From: Enterobacteria phage vB_EcoM_IME540 | Sequence record: MT150133.1 | Length of the DNA: 64,000 nt | Strand: one strand, 5' to 3' | Shown here: positions 42,223-51,869 of the stretch, in pieces | How the letters are laid out: each line of letters begins with the position of its first letter | Numbering within the stretch: position 1 is the stretch's first letter | Made by a program: the position numbers and the translations under genes | Notes under the pieces: generated by a model | Told to the model about the DNA's origin: nothing | The model's input: the letters and a program-made list of their open reading frames with translations, nothing else | Database searches by the model: none

Positions 42223-42363
42223 TTACCATACTAGTGAATGAATAGCCATAATAACATCGGAAATAAAAAGCACAACTTGGATAAGTCCGAACATTACTCC
42301 GTAATACAGCGCTACTAATAAAGCAGCAAGGGCTAACGAGTAGCCCAGGATTTTATTAATCAT
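42223..42363 (-). CDS. small membrane peptide (46 aa)
   Basis: ORF track 42223..42411 trimmed to ATG at 42363, which lies within the last codons of the upstream small ORF. Confidence 0.35.
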   Translation of the reverse strand: MINKILGYSLALAALLVALYYGVMFGLIQVVLFISDVIMAIHSLVW

Positions 42364-42517
42364 TTTTAATCGTCTTAAGTAAACCGACAAAAGTAGAAAG
42401 AACCCAACCAATAAGCAGAAAACTTAAGAATATCGGACCAGGGGTCCACACACCTAAAAAGAAGCAAACCGAACAGACTATAGCCGTAATAAGTTCAATA
42501 AAAACTACGATAATCAT
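42356..42517 (-). CDS. small membrane peptide (53 aa)
   Basis: Hand-translated MIIVVFIELITAIVCSVCFFLGVW...; below track cut-off; GAGGAAA upstream. Confidence 0.35.
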   Translation of the reverse strand: MIIVVFIELITAIVCSVCFFLGVWTPGPIFLSFLLIGWVLSTFVGLLKTIKND

Positions 42518-42604
42518 ATTTTCCTCATTAGCGTCCGAAGACGCCTTTAGTTTTAAGATTGTTACGATAGAACTGCATCACATGTTCGTTATGGAAATTA
42601 CTCA

Positions 42605-43054
42605 TTAGTAAGCCTGAAGGATGAATTTAAAGTTATCAGCCAACATACGGTTCATTTCTTCCAGTGTCTGGAGGTCGGAACTATGATTGCGAGTGAAAGC
42701 CATTGCAATTTGACCCTTACCAAAACCAGTAGTCAGAGGTTTCATCTTAGAAGCCGGTACATAAAGAACTTCATACACAACACCGTTCACTGCCATAGTG
42801 CGAGCTGATTGAGAACGTTTCTTACGAATGTTAGCCACGATACCATCGAGACCTTGAGCAGAACGTTGATTACCGACATAAAAACGAGCAGCTACGACAC
42901 GAGAATCAGCACCACCTTTAACAAAGAAGTAGAAGCCTGGTTGAGCAGAGATTTCTTTAGAAGGTTTACCATTTTGGTATTCACCGTTCTTAACATAAGC
43001 AACAGTAGTAGCACCAGCAGACAGAACGTTACGGCGAGTCATATAAGTATTCAT
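42605..43054 (-). CDS. ndd: hypothetical protein at the position of T4 ndd
   Basis: 149 aa (T4 Ndd about 151 aa) downstream of gene 52; assignment by position and size. Confidence 0.5.
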
Positions 43055-43131
43055 ATCAATTTCCTCAGTAGATTAATGTTTTGTTATCCGGTCAACGAGA
43101 ACCATTATAACATGATTCTCGAGGTTGTAAA

Positions 43132-43476
43132 CTATTTTTGTAGCTGTTCTAAAATAAATCCGCTGGTGTAAAGGCTTGCATTATACAGGCGGTCAAGAGA
43201 TAACGAATCCAATCCATAAGCTTCACGAATTGCATTGATAGCACTCTCATAACTTGTATAATAAACATCGCGATAATCGCGGTCCATAGTCATGCGGAAC
43301 TTAATAAATTTGTAGAAACCAGTTTCAGGGTCCTGATAGAATGCAAATTCTGCAGACGCTAAATTTTTAAGGTTAACAGCTTTTGTGTCGCCTGAATAAC
43401 TTAAATCAAATGTTTCTGACATGCTAATCTGTTTAAAGAACATAATGTTGCGATTACCAAAAAATAATTTAGACAT
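43132..43476 (-). CDS. hypothetical protein
   Basis: ORF track trimmed to MSKLFFG ATG with AAGGAAA Shine-Dalgarno. Confidence 0.45.
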   Translation of the reverse strand: MSKLFFGNRNIMFFKQISMSETFDLSYSGDTKAVNLKNLASAEFAFYQDPETGFYKFIKFRMTMDRDYRDVYYTSYESAINAIREAYGLDSLSLDRLYNASLYTSGFILEQLQK

Positions 43477-43486
43477 AATATTTTCC

Positions 43487-43699
43487 TTATTCAGCGTCAA
43501 CAGAAATAGCCATCAGTTCATCAACAGTAAGGCATTGCACACTAGGGCCTACACAAAAACGCTTAGTTGAATCATAAAGGTCTGTAGCATTAACAGGTTG
43601 TAATTCAGTCCCAACTTGCAAAGGAGAAATGCGAATCAGTTGTTGGCCATTATGCAATACAAAGCTCTCGCCGACTACCACATCTTTAAAAAGTTTCAT
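43487..43699 (-). CDS. hypothetical protein
   Basis: ORF track trimmed to MKLFKD ATG with GAGGAAA Shine-Dalgarno. Confidence 0.4.
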   Translation of the reverse strand: MKLFKDVVVGESFVLHNGQQLIRISPLQVGTELQPVNATDLYDSTKRFCVGPSVQCLTVDELMAISVDAE

Positions 43700-43709
43700 A
43701 ATATTTTCC

Positions 43710-43826
43710 TCAGAAGTTAAAGAATACACGTACATGGTCAATCATAAAAACGATTGGGAAAATGCTCAATACCATTAACAACACAAACATGTTCCAAATT
43801 GCTTTAAGTAAGTTTTTCATAATCAT
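43710..43826 (-). CDS. small membrane peptide (38 aa)
   Basis: Hand-translated MIMKNLLKAIWNMFVLLMVLSIFPIVFMIDHVRVFFNF; GGAG upstream; own early promoter. Confidence 0.3.
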   Translation of the reverse strand: MIMKNLLKAIWNMFVLLMVLSIFPIVFMIDHVRVFFNF

Positions 43827-43841
43827 CTCCATTAGTTGATA

Positions 43842-43877
43842 GGTCTATAATATCATGATTAATGGAGATGTATACTG
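43842..43877 (-). promoter_or_regulatory. early promoter
   Basis: GTATAC, 17 bp, TG-extended TATTAT. Confidence 0.45.
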
Positions 43878-43965
43878 ATTTATGCCAATTTCCACAACAA
43901 TAAACTAAAACATACGCAAATCACTGGGATACAGGCCATCCAAATAAGGCACCACATTTTGCTAC

Positions 43966-44232
43966 TCAAAACACCACCTCTTTTATCTCAATTAATCCCC
44001 TGTGCAATGCAGTACGAAGGTCATAAAGAATATCTATGCCGTCAACATTATCCAGTTTTCCATCAATAAGCTTTTCTAAATCTTCCTTGGATGCGATTAA
44101 GGGGCGGAGAAATTTACATTCAGAAAGAGATAACTCTGTAGTAACATCATCACCTTCACCTGATGCATCATACATAGCGGCAACAACCATACCTGTAACT
44201 TTGTGTTTAGCGTAATATAATTTGATATCCAT
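43966..44232 (-). CDS. hypothetical protein
   Basis: ORF track trimmed to MDIKLYY ATG; GAGGAG Shine-Dalgarno; early promoter overlaps the longer ORF-track start. Confidence 0.45.
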   Translation of the reverse strand: MDIKLYYAKHKVTGMVVAAMYDASGEGDDVTTELSLSECKFLRPLIASKEDLEKLIDGKLDNVDGIDILYDLRTALHRGLIEIKEVVF

Positions 44233-44255
44233 TTTGTTCTCCTCATTAGTTGATA

Positions 44256-44292
44256 GGAAGATAGTAACACCATCCATGGCGTATGTAAACAC
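44256..44292 (-). promoter_or_regulatory. early promoter
   Basis: GTTTAC, 18 bp, TG-extended TACTAT. Confidence 0.5.
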
Positions 44293-44306
44293 CTATTTTA
44301 AAAAAA

Positions 44307-44864
44307 TTATAAGGCGAGATACCAGCCGTTGTAATTGCTCTTACGGACTAGCTTTGTGATGGCTTCTCTGTCACCAGAGAACTTAGGAGTGAACAGGACA
44401 TCGCCTGCCTCATTTACCGAAGTGTCGAATATAATTATACAATCTGCAACTTTATGATTCAAGAGCGGGCCCAGGTTAATCCCTGTTCCATAAGGGAAGT
44501 CACCGGAGTATCCTGTAGTGCAGGAAATCCACTTAGAATCCGACTGATGGGTCTTGACCTCTACGCGTAGTCCACAGTACATAGGATGAGCTAAAACATC
44601 CCATGCATAGGTATAAGGGTCGTCATGGTCTTCCAGACCACTGTTAACATATCCTTTCAACCAATCGGCAACCATGTACTCGGCGTACGTTGCAATGACA
44701 CACCGAGTCAATACTTCTTTCTTATCTTGGGACGGGTCTTGACTTAAGGAATACAATACGGTATCCTTAATCTTGACCTTCATTTCGCCTGTTAAATCAG
44801 ATGTCTTCAGGGTAAATGTCGGCATCGCTGCCAATCGGAGTAGTCCCGGGTTCGTCTTCACCAT
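44307..44864 (-). CDS. hypothetical protein at the position of T4 denB
   Basis: 185 aa from MVKTNPG (T4 DenB is 185 aa), between ndd-like gene and rIIB; by position and size only. Confidence 0.4.
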   Translation of the reverse strand: MVKTNPGLLRLAAMPTFTLKTSDLTGEMKVKIKDTVLYSLSQDPSQDKKEVLTRCVIATYAEYMVADWLKGYVNSGLEDHDDPYTYAWDVLAHPMYCGLRVEVKTHQSDSKWISCTTGYSGDFPYGTGINLGPLLNHKVADCIIIFDTSVNEAGDVLFTPKFSGDREAITKLVRKSNYNGWYLAL

Positions 44865-45105
44865 AAATGCCTCGAATATGAAGTTCACCGTAATAAATTC
44901 GGTCGTCGGGTTCTAAAGTATCAGAATCTGCTAAAGGAAATTCGCCTTCGACCACCTCATCGCATTCTAGAAAAGCGTAATGAACATCACCCGGGTGTTT
45001 AACGAGCTTAGCACAATAAACAGTACCTGCTTTATGGAATCCACGCAAATTAGAAATCTTGATATCACGTTCACCGACATTCAGGTAATTAATCATTTTA
45101 CTCAC
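44797..45105 (-). CDS. hypothetical protein
   Basis: ORF track; overlaps downstream gene start. Confidence 0.35.
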   Translation of the reverse strand: MSKMINYLNVGERDIKISNLRGFHKAGTVYCAKLVKHPGDVHYAFLECDEVVEGEFPLADSDTLEPDDRIYYGELHIRGIYGEDEPGTTPIGSDADIYPEDI

Positions 45106-45295
45106 CGAAATAAGAAATACGAACCTCTAAACAATGAGCATAAGCGCCCATCGCATCCAGTTGTGCAATCAGTAACCCTTGTTGACGGATATCAAGAGTT
45201 TCAAAAACACCACCTTCAATAAAGGTTTCTAGTGCGTTAATTTTAAGAACCAACTGGTCGTATTCTTCAACTACACGTGCTTGGTAACCTAACAT
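45098..45295 (-). CDS. hypothetical protein
   Basis: ORF track; GAGGAA Shine-Dalgarno and UUCG hairpin upstream. Confidence 0.4.
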   Translation of the reverse strand: MLGYQARVVEEYDQLVLKINALETFIEGGVFETLDIRQQGLLIAQLDAMGAYAHCLEVRISYFGE

Positions 45296-45307
45296 AATTC
45301 CTCATTA

Positions 45308-45323
45308 GGAGGCCGAAGCCTCC
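45308..45323 (-). promoter_or_regulatory. UUCG tetraloop hairpin in an intercistronic leader
   Basis: GGAGGC-UUCG-GCCUCC then UAAUGAGGAAUU AUG; identical to 6547..6562. Confidence 0.45.
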
Positions 45324-45332
45324 GTTATTGAT

Positions 45333-46301
45333 TTAGTATTTGTATTCGTTTGCGAACTGTTCGGTGACGTCTTCTAGAACTTCATAATAACATACACGCA
45401 TTTTAGCATCACCGTAATCGACCGGAATACTAACAACATCACGTGGGTTAACTTTACATGAAACCACTTTACAGCTTGAGTTACCAAAATGACCGATATA
45501 ACTACGAGAGCAAACGTGCAGACCACTTGAACAGGTTACTTCATCATCGTCATTTACACGAGAACGAGGCATTTTAACCGGTTTGCCTGGTGAGTTATCA
45601 AACGTACCGGTACGGCAGTCGGTGTAATCGGAGTTAACCACCTTCCACGTAATAAAGTGACCATCTTCAGTAATTTTGATGTCGTTTGCCACCAAGAAGT
45701 CGAACAAACGTTGTACAGCTTTTTCGCTTGGGTTTTCTAACAGGTTCTCAAGGAACGGCAGGTAGAATTCGAAGTCTTCACCGTTTTCCATTGAAGTGAT
45801 AATACGGTCAATCAACCCTGAACGCAATTCAATGCCTTGGTAAACCAGACGTCCACCTTCAATACGAACGTTGCCTTTAACAAAGGCCTTAACGGCTTCT
45901 TTAATGGAAATCAGTTTAATCGCGTCATCGAAACGAGATTCTTTAAGAGCCTGTACGATGGCATCAAAATGTTTGTTCTTATTAGTGGTGTTCCATACTG
46001 TACGACCTTCAGTGATGGATACGAATTTAGAACTCGCGTTCCAGATAATTTCAGGGCGAGAGCCGCCAATAGTAACTTCAACGGGAACTTCACGAGGCTC
46101 GTTAGGAACTGTTACTTTGATATTTCCGGTAATAACTACCTGGGCCTGTCCAGCTCCTTTAGCATTTTTCAGGACTTTACGGATTGTATCAACTGATACA
46201 CCGTACCAGTCAGCCAACTCATTCTGAGTATAATTACCAGAAATATATAACTTAACGATTTCAACTTGCTCAGCGGAGGTCAAACACTTAATATTGTACA
46301 T
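45333..46301 (-). CDS. rIIB: rIIB protein
   Basis: 322 aa, near-colinear with T4 rIIB. Confidence 0.9.
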   Translation of the reverse strand: MYNIKCLTSAEQVEIVKLYISGNYTQNELADWYGVSVDTIRKVLKNAKGAGQAQVVITGNIKVTVPNEPREVPVEVTIGGSRPEIIWNASSKFVSITEGRTVWNTTNKNKHFDAIVQALKESRFDDAIKLISIKEAVKAFVKGNVRIEGGRLVYQGIELRSGLIDRIITSMENGEDFEFYLPFLENLLENPSEKAVQRLFDFLVANDIKITEDGHFITWKVVNSDYTDCRTGTFDNSPGKPVKMPRSRVNDDDEVTCSSGLHVCSRSYIGHFGNSSCKVVSCKVNPRDVVSIPVDYGDAKMRVCYYEVLEDVTEQFANEYKY

Positions 46302-46315
46302 AATATTTCCTTAGA

Positions 46316-48526
46316 TTAAGCCGCTTCCACGGCTTTCATGAATTTAACAATTTGAGCTACAGAAGCCTCGGTAATGGATGTTCCACGACGATACATGTAG
46401 TCCGAAACTAAATGGTAATCAGATTCAAACTGTACAGTCATTTTATCATTGTTGCTTGAAGCATTATCAGTCAACTTAAAAAAAGTATTGTTACAAATTT
46501 TCTTGATAACGGAAAGCTTATCATCAGTGATATAACCATGGAAATTCATATAACGGAATATATCATAGAAATTACTCAGACGAGTATATGCTTCAGTTAC
46601 CGGCTTATCACTGAAATACTTGGTCATGAAATTAAGCTGAGGGAACTTAGCAATGATTTCAAGGTAATACCTAGCTCGAGTATTGCTACCAAGGTAGTCA
46701 TCAACATCTACCGCGTCTAAGGCTTCAGCATAAGCTTCTAATGTAGCTTCCATCAAGCATTCGCATTGGCCTAACTTTTTAATCTTTTTGGCAATCTGAG
46801 GGCGAATGATATGGAATTCGGTAGAACCAATCAAATTAGCCATACGACACATGGTAGTGGTATTGATGTCAAAGATACCATAAGCTTCATCCATTCCCAT
46901 AATATCAGAACGACTGCCAAACAGAACATAACCTGTAATTTCTTCTGCTTCGGCAGCAGTCAAATACATGGTCTCTTGTTGCCAGCGCCCGTCTTTAATG
47001 AACCAACGATAAGCACTCGGTGTTTTAGGACGCGGTTCTGATGAACGGACAGTAACCGGAATCCATGGCTTAACAATTTTATTCAGTTCAGAGACTTTAT
47101 AAAAATGAATTGTGTCACCTTTAAAAAGTTCTTTAACCTTTTCAAGTTGTTGCATTTGCAACATTGAATTTGGGTCGACAAAAATAAGGTCAGTTCCGTA
47201 TTTAGGAATATTGTTCTCTTTAACAATTTTCTTAGCCGAAGCACTGTTGTCCATTGCCAGAGCCCAAAGACCTCGAACTAATGGCACACGACCTTTTTCA
47301 TCATCATAAACAACATGGATTTCTTTCTTATTAATGCCTAATAAATTACTAAGTCCTGCTACCGAAGAAGTATTACCACTTGACTTAATTCGTTTCAAAC
47401 GTGGGTCTGAAACGACTTCGTAAACCACACCTAAATTAATAAGGTCGTTTTGAAGGGTATAACGCTGGTATAATTTCTCATATGTCAATTTTTCTGTAGT
47501 AAACAGGCTAGTTCCACCTTTTTTGGTAAGATAGTCACGAGCACTGTAACCAAGGTTAGAAAGGTCACGATAAACATGGCGTGGATTATCAGATTCAACC
47601 CATTCCTGTGTATCGTTTTTAAAGACCACTGCATCCAGTGCTTCGATACGGGTTGCAATATTTTCCATCGTACGTTTATCAAGAGACAACACTTCACGAG
47701 AAGGAGCAATATCCAGTGAACCCATAGGGAACTTAATATAAACTACATCATGGCGAGTACGCATCCACGTGCCTTTATTATAGGCGGAATCCAATGGATA
47801 AACAATACCACCATAAACTGCATAAAGTCCTGAACGTTCGAAGCTGCCATAATTTGTAGTGGTTACAGGATGGTAATCGTCAAATTCAGGGAAATAATCA
47901 ACTTCAACACCGTCTACATCACCAAGACCAATGAAAGGCCGCATGATATAACGAACTTCAGTTTCAAACTTACGGAAATCTTCTTCATCAACAGGAACCG
48001 TGATTTCGATACCTGTTTTATCACCTGGCTGCATAGGTTCTACGAAAGTAGGTTTAATCTGCGGGCCATCACCATCCATATAAGCTACATAACCACGAAC
48101 TTCACCGTTATGCCATGAGGTGATATTAAACGTTTCGGTATAACTGAACGGAGATTTTGAACCAAGGCCAAAGCCACCGATGAAATCGTTAGAAGCCGTT
48201 TTGGATGATGCGAAATAAGAGTTGTACAAACCTGTTTCGTTTTCATCACCACGAATTTGGAAATCACTCATACCCGGACCGAAATCACGACATACAAAGC
48301 GAGGGTCTAGTTTACCAGGAACCTGTACTTTCCAACGTTCTTTATTACCATTTAGAATATGGGCATCAATCATGTTGGTAATTAGTTCACGAACTACGGC
48401 ACGTACTTTATTACTATAAAGGTCTGATGACAAAATTTTAAAGACCTTAGGCGATGCCTGAATAGTAAAGCCTGTGGACTTAGCACCATTACCAATGATT
48501 TGTTCTTTTTCGGTTTCAATAATCAT
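46316..48526 (-). CDS. rIIA: rIIA protein
   Basis: 736 aa; resembles T4 rIIA N-terminal ATPase-like region. Confidence 0.92.
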   Translation of the reverse strand: MIIETEKEQIIGNGAKSTGFTIQASPKVFKILSSDLYSNKVRAVVRELITNMIDAHILNGNKERWKVQVPGKLDPRFVCRDFGPGMSDFQIRGDENETGLYNSYFASSKTASNDFIGGFGLGSKSPFSYTETFNITSWHNGEVRGYVAYMDGDGPQIKPTFVEPMQPGDKTGIEITVPVDEEDFRKFETEVRYIMRPFIGLGDVDGVEVDYFPEFDDYHPVTTTNYGSFERSGLYAVYGGIVYPLDSAYNKGTWMRTRHDVVYIKFPMGSLDIAPSREVLSLDKRTMENIATRIEALDAVVFKNDTQEWVESDNPRHVYRDLSNLGYSARDYLTKKGGTSLFTTEKLTYEKLYQRYTLQNDLINLGVVYEVVSDPRLKRIKSSGNTSSVAGLSNLLGINKKEIHVVYDDEKGRVPLVRGLWALAMDNSASAKKIVKENNIPKYGTDLIFVDPNSMLQMQQLEKVKELFKGDTIHFYKVSELNKIVKPWIPVTVRSSEPRPKTPSAYRWFIKDGRWQQETMYLTAAEAEEITGYVLFGSRSDIMGMDEAYGIFDINTTTMCRMANLIGSTEFHIIRPQIAKKIKKLGQCECLMEATLEAYAEALDAVDVDDYLGSNTRARYYLEIIAKFPQLNFMTKYFSDKPVTEAYTRLSNFYDIFRYMNFHGYITDDKLSVIKKICNNTFFKLTDNASSNNDKMTVQFESDYHLVSDYMYRRGTSITEASVAQIVKFMKAVEAA

Positions 48527-48533
48527 ATTTTTC

Positions 48534-48737
48534 TCAATTCAGGTTACGTTTAAAAATGTCTGCCACTTCAAGGAGCTCGTCCTTAGTAGCGATGTCGTTG
48601 AGTATTTTATATCTGATTTCTTTAAAGCGTTCTTTAAAATCCTCAGCCGCATTGATATCAAAAAATCGTTGGATTAACCGGAATTCTTTATGGACGGCTT
48701 TATCGAACAAATCAATATTCACTTTAAAGTTTGTCAT
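48534..48737 (-). CDS. hypothetical protein
   Basis: ORF track; immediately upstream of rIIA. Confidence 0.45.
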   Translation of the reverse strand: MTNFKVNIDLFDKAVHKEFRLIQRFFDINAAEDFKERFKEIRYKILNDIATKDELLEVADIFKRNLN

Positions 48738-49047
48738 TTTTAACTACCTCATGTTGAACATATTCTCTGGTAGAACCTAGTTCAGCCAGAATTCTTCTCA
48801 TAGAACCCATTGTACTCTTGTGATCCCGATGGCGATACATTATCTCTAAAACCTTTTCCTGGACCACAGGAGAGAGCGCCTGGTTATCTTTAATCTTTAA
48901 GGCAATAGATTTTACAGCCTTAAGGTATTCAAGTCCCTTACCGCTTGTAGTCACTATTCCTTCGTCCTTACAATTTCGTATGGCTGTTTCCATAAAGGAT
49001 AGAGCCAGGTTGTCAGTGTTCACTATACTGTTATCTTGCATAATCAT
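48724..49047 (-). CDS. hypothetical protein
   Basis: ORF track trimmed to ATG at 49047 with GGTGAGAA Shine-Dalgarno. Confidence 0.45.
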   Translation of the reverse strand: MIMQDNSIVNTDNLALSFMETAIRNCKDEGIVTTSGKGLEYLKAVKSIALKIKDNQALSPVVQEKVLEIMYRHRDHKSTMGSMRRILAELGSTREYVQHEVVKNDKL

Positions 49048-49100
49048 ATTCTCACCTCTAGATAATCCTATCATAACCACGGGTCTTTGTAAACCCCGAA

Positions 49101-49118
49101 AAGGGCCCGAAGGCCCTT
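49101..49118 (-). terminator. UUCG tetraloop hairpin / terminator
   Basis: AAGGGCC-UUCG-GGCCCUU followed by UUCGGGGUUU. Confidence 0.5.
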
Positions 49119-49124
49119 ATTAGT

Positions 49125-49325
49125 TTAGTTACTTGAATCGACCTTATAGACTTGTCCGCGGGTTTGGTAAACTTCGCCGTCCCATGTCTCGACTGTAATA
49201 GTCACGTATTCTGCAAACTGAGGTCTAGTATCAGTCCAGATATAACCGTATTCACCGGTGACGAGCGTAACCCAGTACTTTCTCATAAAGTCTCCTTTTG
49301 TATGGCACCAATTAGTACCATACAT
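49125..49325 (-). CDS. hypothetical protein
   Basis: ORF track. Confidence 0.4.
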   Translation of the reverse strand: MYGTNWCHTKGDFMRKYWVTLVTGEYGYIWTDTRPQFAEYVTITVETWDGEVYQTRGQVYKVDSSN

Positions 49326-49330
49326 ATTTA

Positions 49331-51148
49331 TTACGACATCCAGGCCTTACGGAGTTGAGGGTCATTACCAAGGAGCATTTCGAACTGTTCTTTCCAATCT
49401 TCAGGTAATTGAACAACATCAAATTTAGGGTCTTGAATCATTCGGCGGTATTCAGCTTTCTCAAGAGAACCTAGTCCTTTGATATACCGAATAGAATGTT
49501 TTGGTAGAGAGTCCTTAGCTTTGGTATAACTAGGAACATCATAGAACCATTCCTGTTCTTTACCGACCTGGGCAATAATTACCGGAGTTTTACAGAAACG
49601 TACTCGGCCTTGTTCGAACAATTCAGGCCATTGACTAAAGAAGGCTAGCAATGATGGATAAATCGAACCAGTACCATCCACATCGGCATCGGTCATAATA
49701 GCAATATTACGATAGTTGGTTTTCTCTGCGGGTTCACCAATAACCAATCCAGTGATTGCACAGATATCAAATAGTTCCTTGTTCTTCATGATATCTGTTG
49801 CTGTCATTCCCCAGGTATTCATAACCTTACCACGTAATGGATAGCCACCTTGAAGGTCTTTATTACGGACTTCAATGAAAGGACCCATAGCGGAATCACC
49901 TTCGGTTAGGAACAGGGTTGTATCAGCATCTTTGCCGTATAAGTTAGCTTTAATATGCTTATGGACCTTGGCTTTAGAAGCTTTCTTAGCGGCTTTAGTT
50001 TCAGCGGCCTTTTCAGCTGCTAATTTACGTGCTAAAGCAGCTTCAACGATAGGCATAATCAACCCATCGACCTTAAGAATAGCTGTGGCAATTTTCTTAG
50101 CATCAATTTGGATATGATTGCGAATCTCACCAAAAGGAGAGGTCAAACGTTCTTTAGTCTGTGAATCAAAACGCATGTTGCTCATATCACGAATGAACAT
50201 CACCATCGTAAGGCATTCTTTAACACGAGCTTTAGTTACTTCAATTCCACGGTATTTCTTTTTAATGCCTGGCAGAAGGTGTTCACAAATATCATCGAAT
50301 ACACATTCAACGTGGTGGCCACCATTCTTGGTGTGGATATTGTTTACATAAGTCAGTTGACGGAATCCATCCGGAGAAGGAGTGAACGCCATCGAAACAT
50401 TATCGGTTTCTTGGATTACAAAGTCTTCACCAAATTGCTTAGCATACTTTTTAAAGTTGCCATCTACTTTTTTACCATTAAAAGTAAATTGAATATCAGG
50501 ATAAACTACGGCCAGAGTTTGCAATCGGTCTAATGTAATATCCAGATAAATTTGTGACAGGCTATTTTCTTCGAAATGATTAAAGTCTGGGGTGAATATA
50601 ACCGAAGTACCCTTACCTTTAGATTTCTTAGTAGACCAACCTTTGTTTTCCATTCCGTTTGAACAGTTAACAGTAATCTCATTCTCACCATCAGAGGTGA
50701 TGCCTGTGAACAAAACAGAGAAGATATTAGTTAAACTACTACCGACACCATTCATGCCGCCTGTCTTACGCTCAGCGTCATCTCCAAAGTTACCACCTGC
50801 CTTTGGAATAGTCCATGCAGCTACAGGACCTGGAATCTGTTCACCATTTTGGTCGGTGACCATTGCTTGTGGAATACCACGACCATTATCAGAAACTGAA
50901 ACCTGGTTATTCTTAATTTGAACATCAATTTTATTTGCGAATTTAAAATTGGTACGAATAGCTTCATCGACAGAGTTATCAATGATTTCATCAATTAATT
51001 TAACCAGTCCAGGAACATAGTTTACCTGTGTAAAATTACCAAACAGGAATCGACCGTGAGCTTCATTAGCACTTGAGCCAATATACATCCCACTACGTTT
51101 TTTGATATGTTCAATGTCGGACAGTACTTTAATTTCATTCTTAATCAT
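49331..51148 (-). CDS. 39: DNA topoisomerase II large subunit (GyrB-like), single fused ORF
   Basis: 605 aa continuous ORF with GHKL ATPase and TOPRIM regions. Confidence 0.92.
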   Translation of the reverse strand: MIKNEIKVLSDIEHIKKRSGMYIGSSANEAHGRFLFGNFTQVNYVPGLVKLIDEIIDNSVDEAIRTNFKFANKIDVQIKNNQVSVSDNGRGIPQAMVTDQNGEQIPGPVAAWTIPKAGGNFGDDAERKTGGMNGVGSSLTNIFSVLFTGITSDGENEITVNCSNGMENKGWSTKKSKGKGTSVIFTPDFNHFEENSLSQIYLDITLDRLQTLAVVYPDIQFTFNGKKVDGNFKKYAKQFGEDFVIQETDNVSMAFTPSPDGFRQLTYVNNIHTKNGGHHVECVFDDICEHLLPGIKKKYRGIEVTKARVKECLTMVMFIRDMSNMRFDSQTKERLTSPFGEIRNHIQIDAKKIATAILKVDGLIMPIVEAALARKLAAEKAAETKAAKKASKAKVHKHIKANLYGKDADTTLFLTEGDSAMGPFIEVRNKDLQGGYPLRGKVMNTWGMTATDIMKNKELFDICAITGLVIGEPAEKTNYRNIAIMTDADVDGTGSIYPSLLAFFSQWPELFEQGRVRFCKTPVIIAQVGKEQEWFYDVPSYTKAKDSLPKHSIRYIKGLGSLEKAEYRRMIQDPKFDVVQLPEDWKEQFEMLLGNDPQLRKAWMS

Positions 51149-51200
51149 GTTATTTCCTCATGTAGTAGGAGAATATTATCCCATTTCACTTAAAGCATAA

Positions 51201-51216
51201 AAGGGCCGAAGCCCTT
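51201..51216 (-). terminator. UUCG tetraloop hairpin
   Basis: AAGGGC-UUCG-GCCCUU immediately after lipoprotein stop, upstream of gene 39. Confidence 0.5.
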
Positions 51217-51475
51217 AATCAAATCGAATGGTCGACTTTTTAAAGAATAAACCAGAACAAACAGTCCCTTCAACCCTTTTACCTGTCGGACCCACAGCAA
51301 TAAAGCCTGTACGTTGGAAATCATCTTCAGAACAGCCAAATAGGTTGTATCCTGTGATTTGGATTTGTTCGTAGCCATTTGCATCCAATACACGGGTAGC
51401 ATTATCGCCATCAGTACATCCAACCAACGAAACCGCTAATACGAGAGCTGCAATAGAACGATTAATATATTTCAT
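51215..51475 (-). CDS. predicted lipoprotein
   Basis: Signal peptide ending in lipobox LVGC; 86 aa. Confidence 0.5.
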   Translation of the reverse strand: MKYINRSIAALVLAVSLVGCTDGDNATRVLDANGYEQIQITGYNLFGCSEDDFQRTGFIAVGPTGKRVEGTVCSGLFFKKSTIRFD

Positions 51476-51481
51476 AATTTC

Positions 51482-51658
51482 TCACTTAGTCAGCAGGTCG
51501 TAAAAACCGCCATTAACATGTTTAGGAGCCGAGACTAACCGAACAGCCAGCCGATGGCAATCAGGACAAACATCATTATCTCTTTCAGAGATTTTCTTGA
51601 TTTTTTCGTATTCTTTTGCACAGTCTTCAGATTGGCATTTGTAATCATAAAGTGGCAT
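51482..51658 (-). CDS. small zinc-ribbon protein
   Basis: CxxC...CPxC pattern (YDYKCQSEDC...VCPDCH); ORF track 51482..51751 trimmed to MPLYDYK ATG. Confidence 0.4.
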   Translation of the reverse strand: MPLYDYKCQSEDCAKEYEKIKKISERDNDVCPDCHRLAVRLVSAPKHVNGGFYDLLTK

Positions 51659-51869
51659 TATAAGTTTCCTTCCAGAAGTCGGTGCCTTCAGCAGTGATTT
51701 CACGGAACACCGCATAGATAGGGTTTTTATCACCTTGATTTTCGTATACATAAACCGATGATAAATGAGAAAACATATCAGAATGTTCCTTTTGGACCAC
51801 GATTAAATCAGGGTTGAACAGAACATCTTCAAATTCTTCACGAGTCGAGTTCATAGTAACTTTAGCCAT
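51645..51869 (-). CDS. hypothetical protein
   Basis: ORF track; own early promoter. Confidence 0.4.
   Translation of the reverse strand: MAKVTMNSTREEFEDVLFNPDLIVVQKEHSDMFSHLSSVYVYENQGDKNPIYAVFREITAEGTDFWKETYNATL

Noticed and set aside
49080-49331. Split gene 39/gene 60 with translational bypass as in T4
   Set aside because: Gene 39 is a continuous 605-aa ORF covering both parts; the ORFs downstream are small unrelated proteins.
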